This document shows, in pieces, positions 62,800-64,000 of a stretch of 64,000 nt of DNA (position 1 is the stretch's first letter; each line of letters opens with the position of its first letter). Origin of the DNA: Pecten maximus (lineage: Eukaryota). Under the pieces are notes generated by a model. The model was not told where the DNA came from. It did no database searches and saw nothing but the letters and a program-made list of their open reading frames with translations. A program made the translations under genes and the position numbers. Location of the stretch: the NCBI RefSeq assembly GCF_902652985.1, contig NC_047022.1, positions 7,006,001 through 7,070,000 on the forward strand, in the 5' to 3' direction.

Positions 62800-63586
62800 C
62801 TTGGCGTCATTCAAAAATGACACATCAGAGAAACACGGATTAAACTGGAACACAATGATTAAGCCTAAGCAAATGAATAAGCGTGTAACGTTAACACAAA
62901 AAGAGAGATTTAATTGAAAGGCAGTAAGACAGATTACACTGTGACATAGTAACACGGGTACCACTATTGACAAGGATTACACTTATCATTTGTTCCTAGA
63001 AGAAAATTGGAATGTCATTATTAAGACATAAACACTTCACTTTCCCGTGGGAATTACTGATTTACTGTTGTACTGATGGTAACAATTGATAATAATGTTT
63101 TATTTTGATGACACATCAATCATCTTTCACTATACGTCAACAACGTAATCGATAGAGAAACAATAGAAATCCGTTCTACTGTTGTAGACTGTGACACCTT
63201 TAATCATAAAACTAGGAGCACTTACCGTAAACATTGTAAATATTTAAAACTACAACATTTCCCCCCAGTTTTTAATGACTTAACTCATCCACTAGGTAGT
63301 ATTACGTGAGCTATTCAAAACATGTGATCACAGAACTACATTGATTTCTGCCATGCTATTAGCTGACACTGACGTCTTAAAACGTATAACAGAAAATACA
63401 AATTCATTTATTTTGCACACGAGGTGTAGATGTAGTGGGCTGGGGAAAATGCAAAGTCAATGGAACAATATATATTAACATTGCTAGAAGAAGCCGTCGT
63501 AAAATGCAACCCCGCAGTCATTTTAATGCTTGGGCATCACCCTGAGTCAATACATCTATTTCATAAATTTTAGTTTATTTTATATT

Positions 63587-63693
63587 GGGCCGAAGTGGCT
63601 GAGTGGTTAAGGTGTCCAGACATTTTATCATTAACCCTCAACCGCTGGGTTTCGAGTTCGACACCTACGTTAGATAGGTCGGTGGTTTTTCTT
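63587..63693 (+). mobile_element. tRNA-derived SINE, family A, 5' fragment
   Basis: GTGGCTGAGTGGTTAAGGTGTCC..GAGTTCGACACCTACGT. Confidence 0.75.
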
Positions 63694-63792
63694 CAAAATC
63701 TGCAAAATCTTCAATAACGACTCAATTTCCTATCATAAAAAGCATGCCGCTTAGTTTCATTTTTATGGCTTTGTTATAACACTTTTAGCATG

Positions 63793-63795
<3 letters not shown>

Positions 63796-63853
<58 letters not shown>
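63796..63853. repeat. (GA)n microsatellite
   Basis: Read directly. Confidence 0.97.
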
Positions 63854-63855
<2 letters not shown>

Positions 63856-64000
63856 ACTCACAATATTATGATTATGGCAAACATGGTTTTGCTTTTGTCC
63901 AAAATTGTGGGGAATAATCGGTTTTACCGCCAAAATTTTAAAATGTGTTACTTTAAGAACAACCGGCTAATTTTCTCACATTACCGTATAAGGAGGGTCC

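Overview
Eukaryotic, AT-rich, intron-containing DNA. The repeat and gene families point to a bivalve mollusc; this is inference, the species cannot be read from the sequence. Host genes: two tandem paralogous C2H2 zinc-finger genes (11 and 17 intact fingers) within a segmental duplication, a frameshifted LRR-GPCR (LGR/GRL101-like) on the minus strand, and an apparently intact 6-exon secreted protein with two F-type (fucolectin) domains. Most of the rest is layered mobile DNA: a nearly full-length APE-RT LINE, a 5'-truncated CR1 LINE inside a 211-bp satellite, an intron-containing Harbinger fragment, mariner, Tigger and MULE-SWIM relics, several MITEs, two SINE families and a complete ISL2EU-type transposon (29351-34796). 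Three leads stand out. (1) The ISL2EU element pairs an intact THAP-DDE transposase tail-to-tail with a SWIM-YqaJ exonuclease ending in an ING-type PHD finger that keeps the H3K4me3 cage residues, a RAG1/RAG2-like architecture. (2) The LINE ORF2 begins directly after an in-frame UAG with no AUG. (3) The ZNF pair shows birth and death of fingers and divergence at DNA-contact positions. All coordinates were read by eye and no searches were run.
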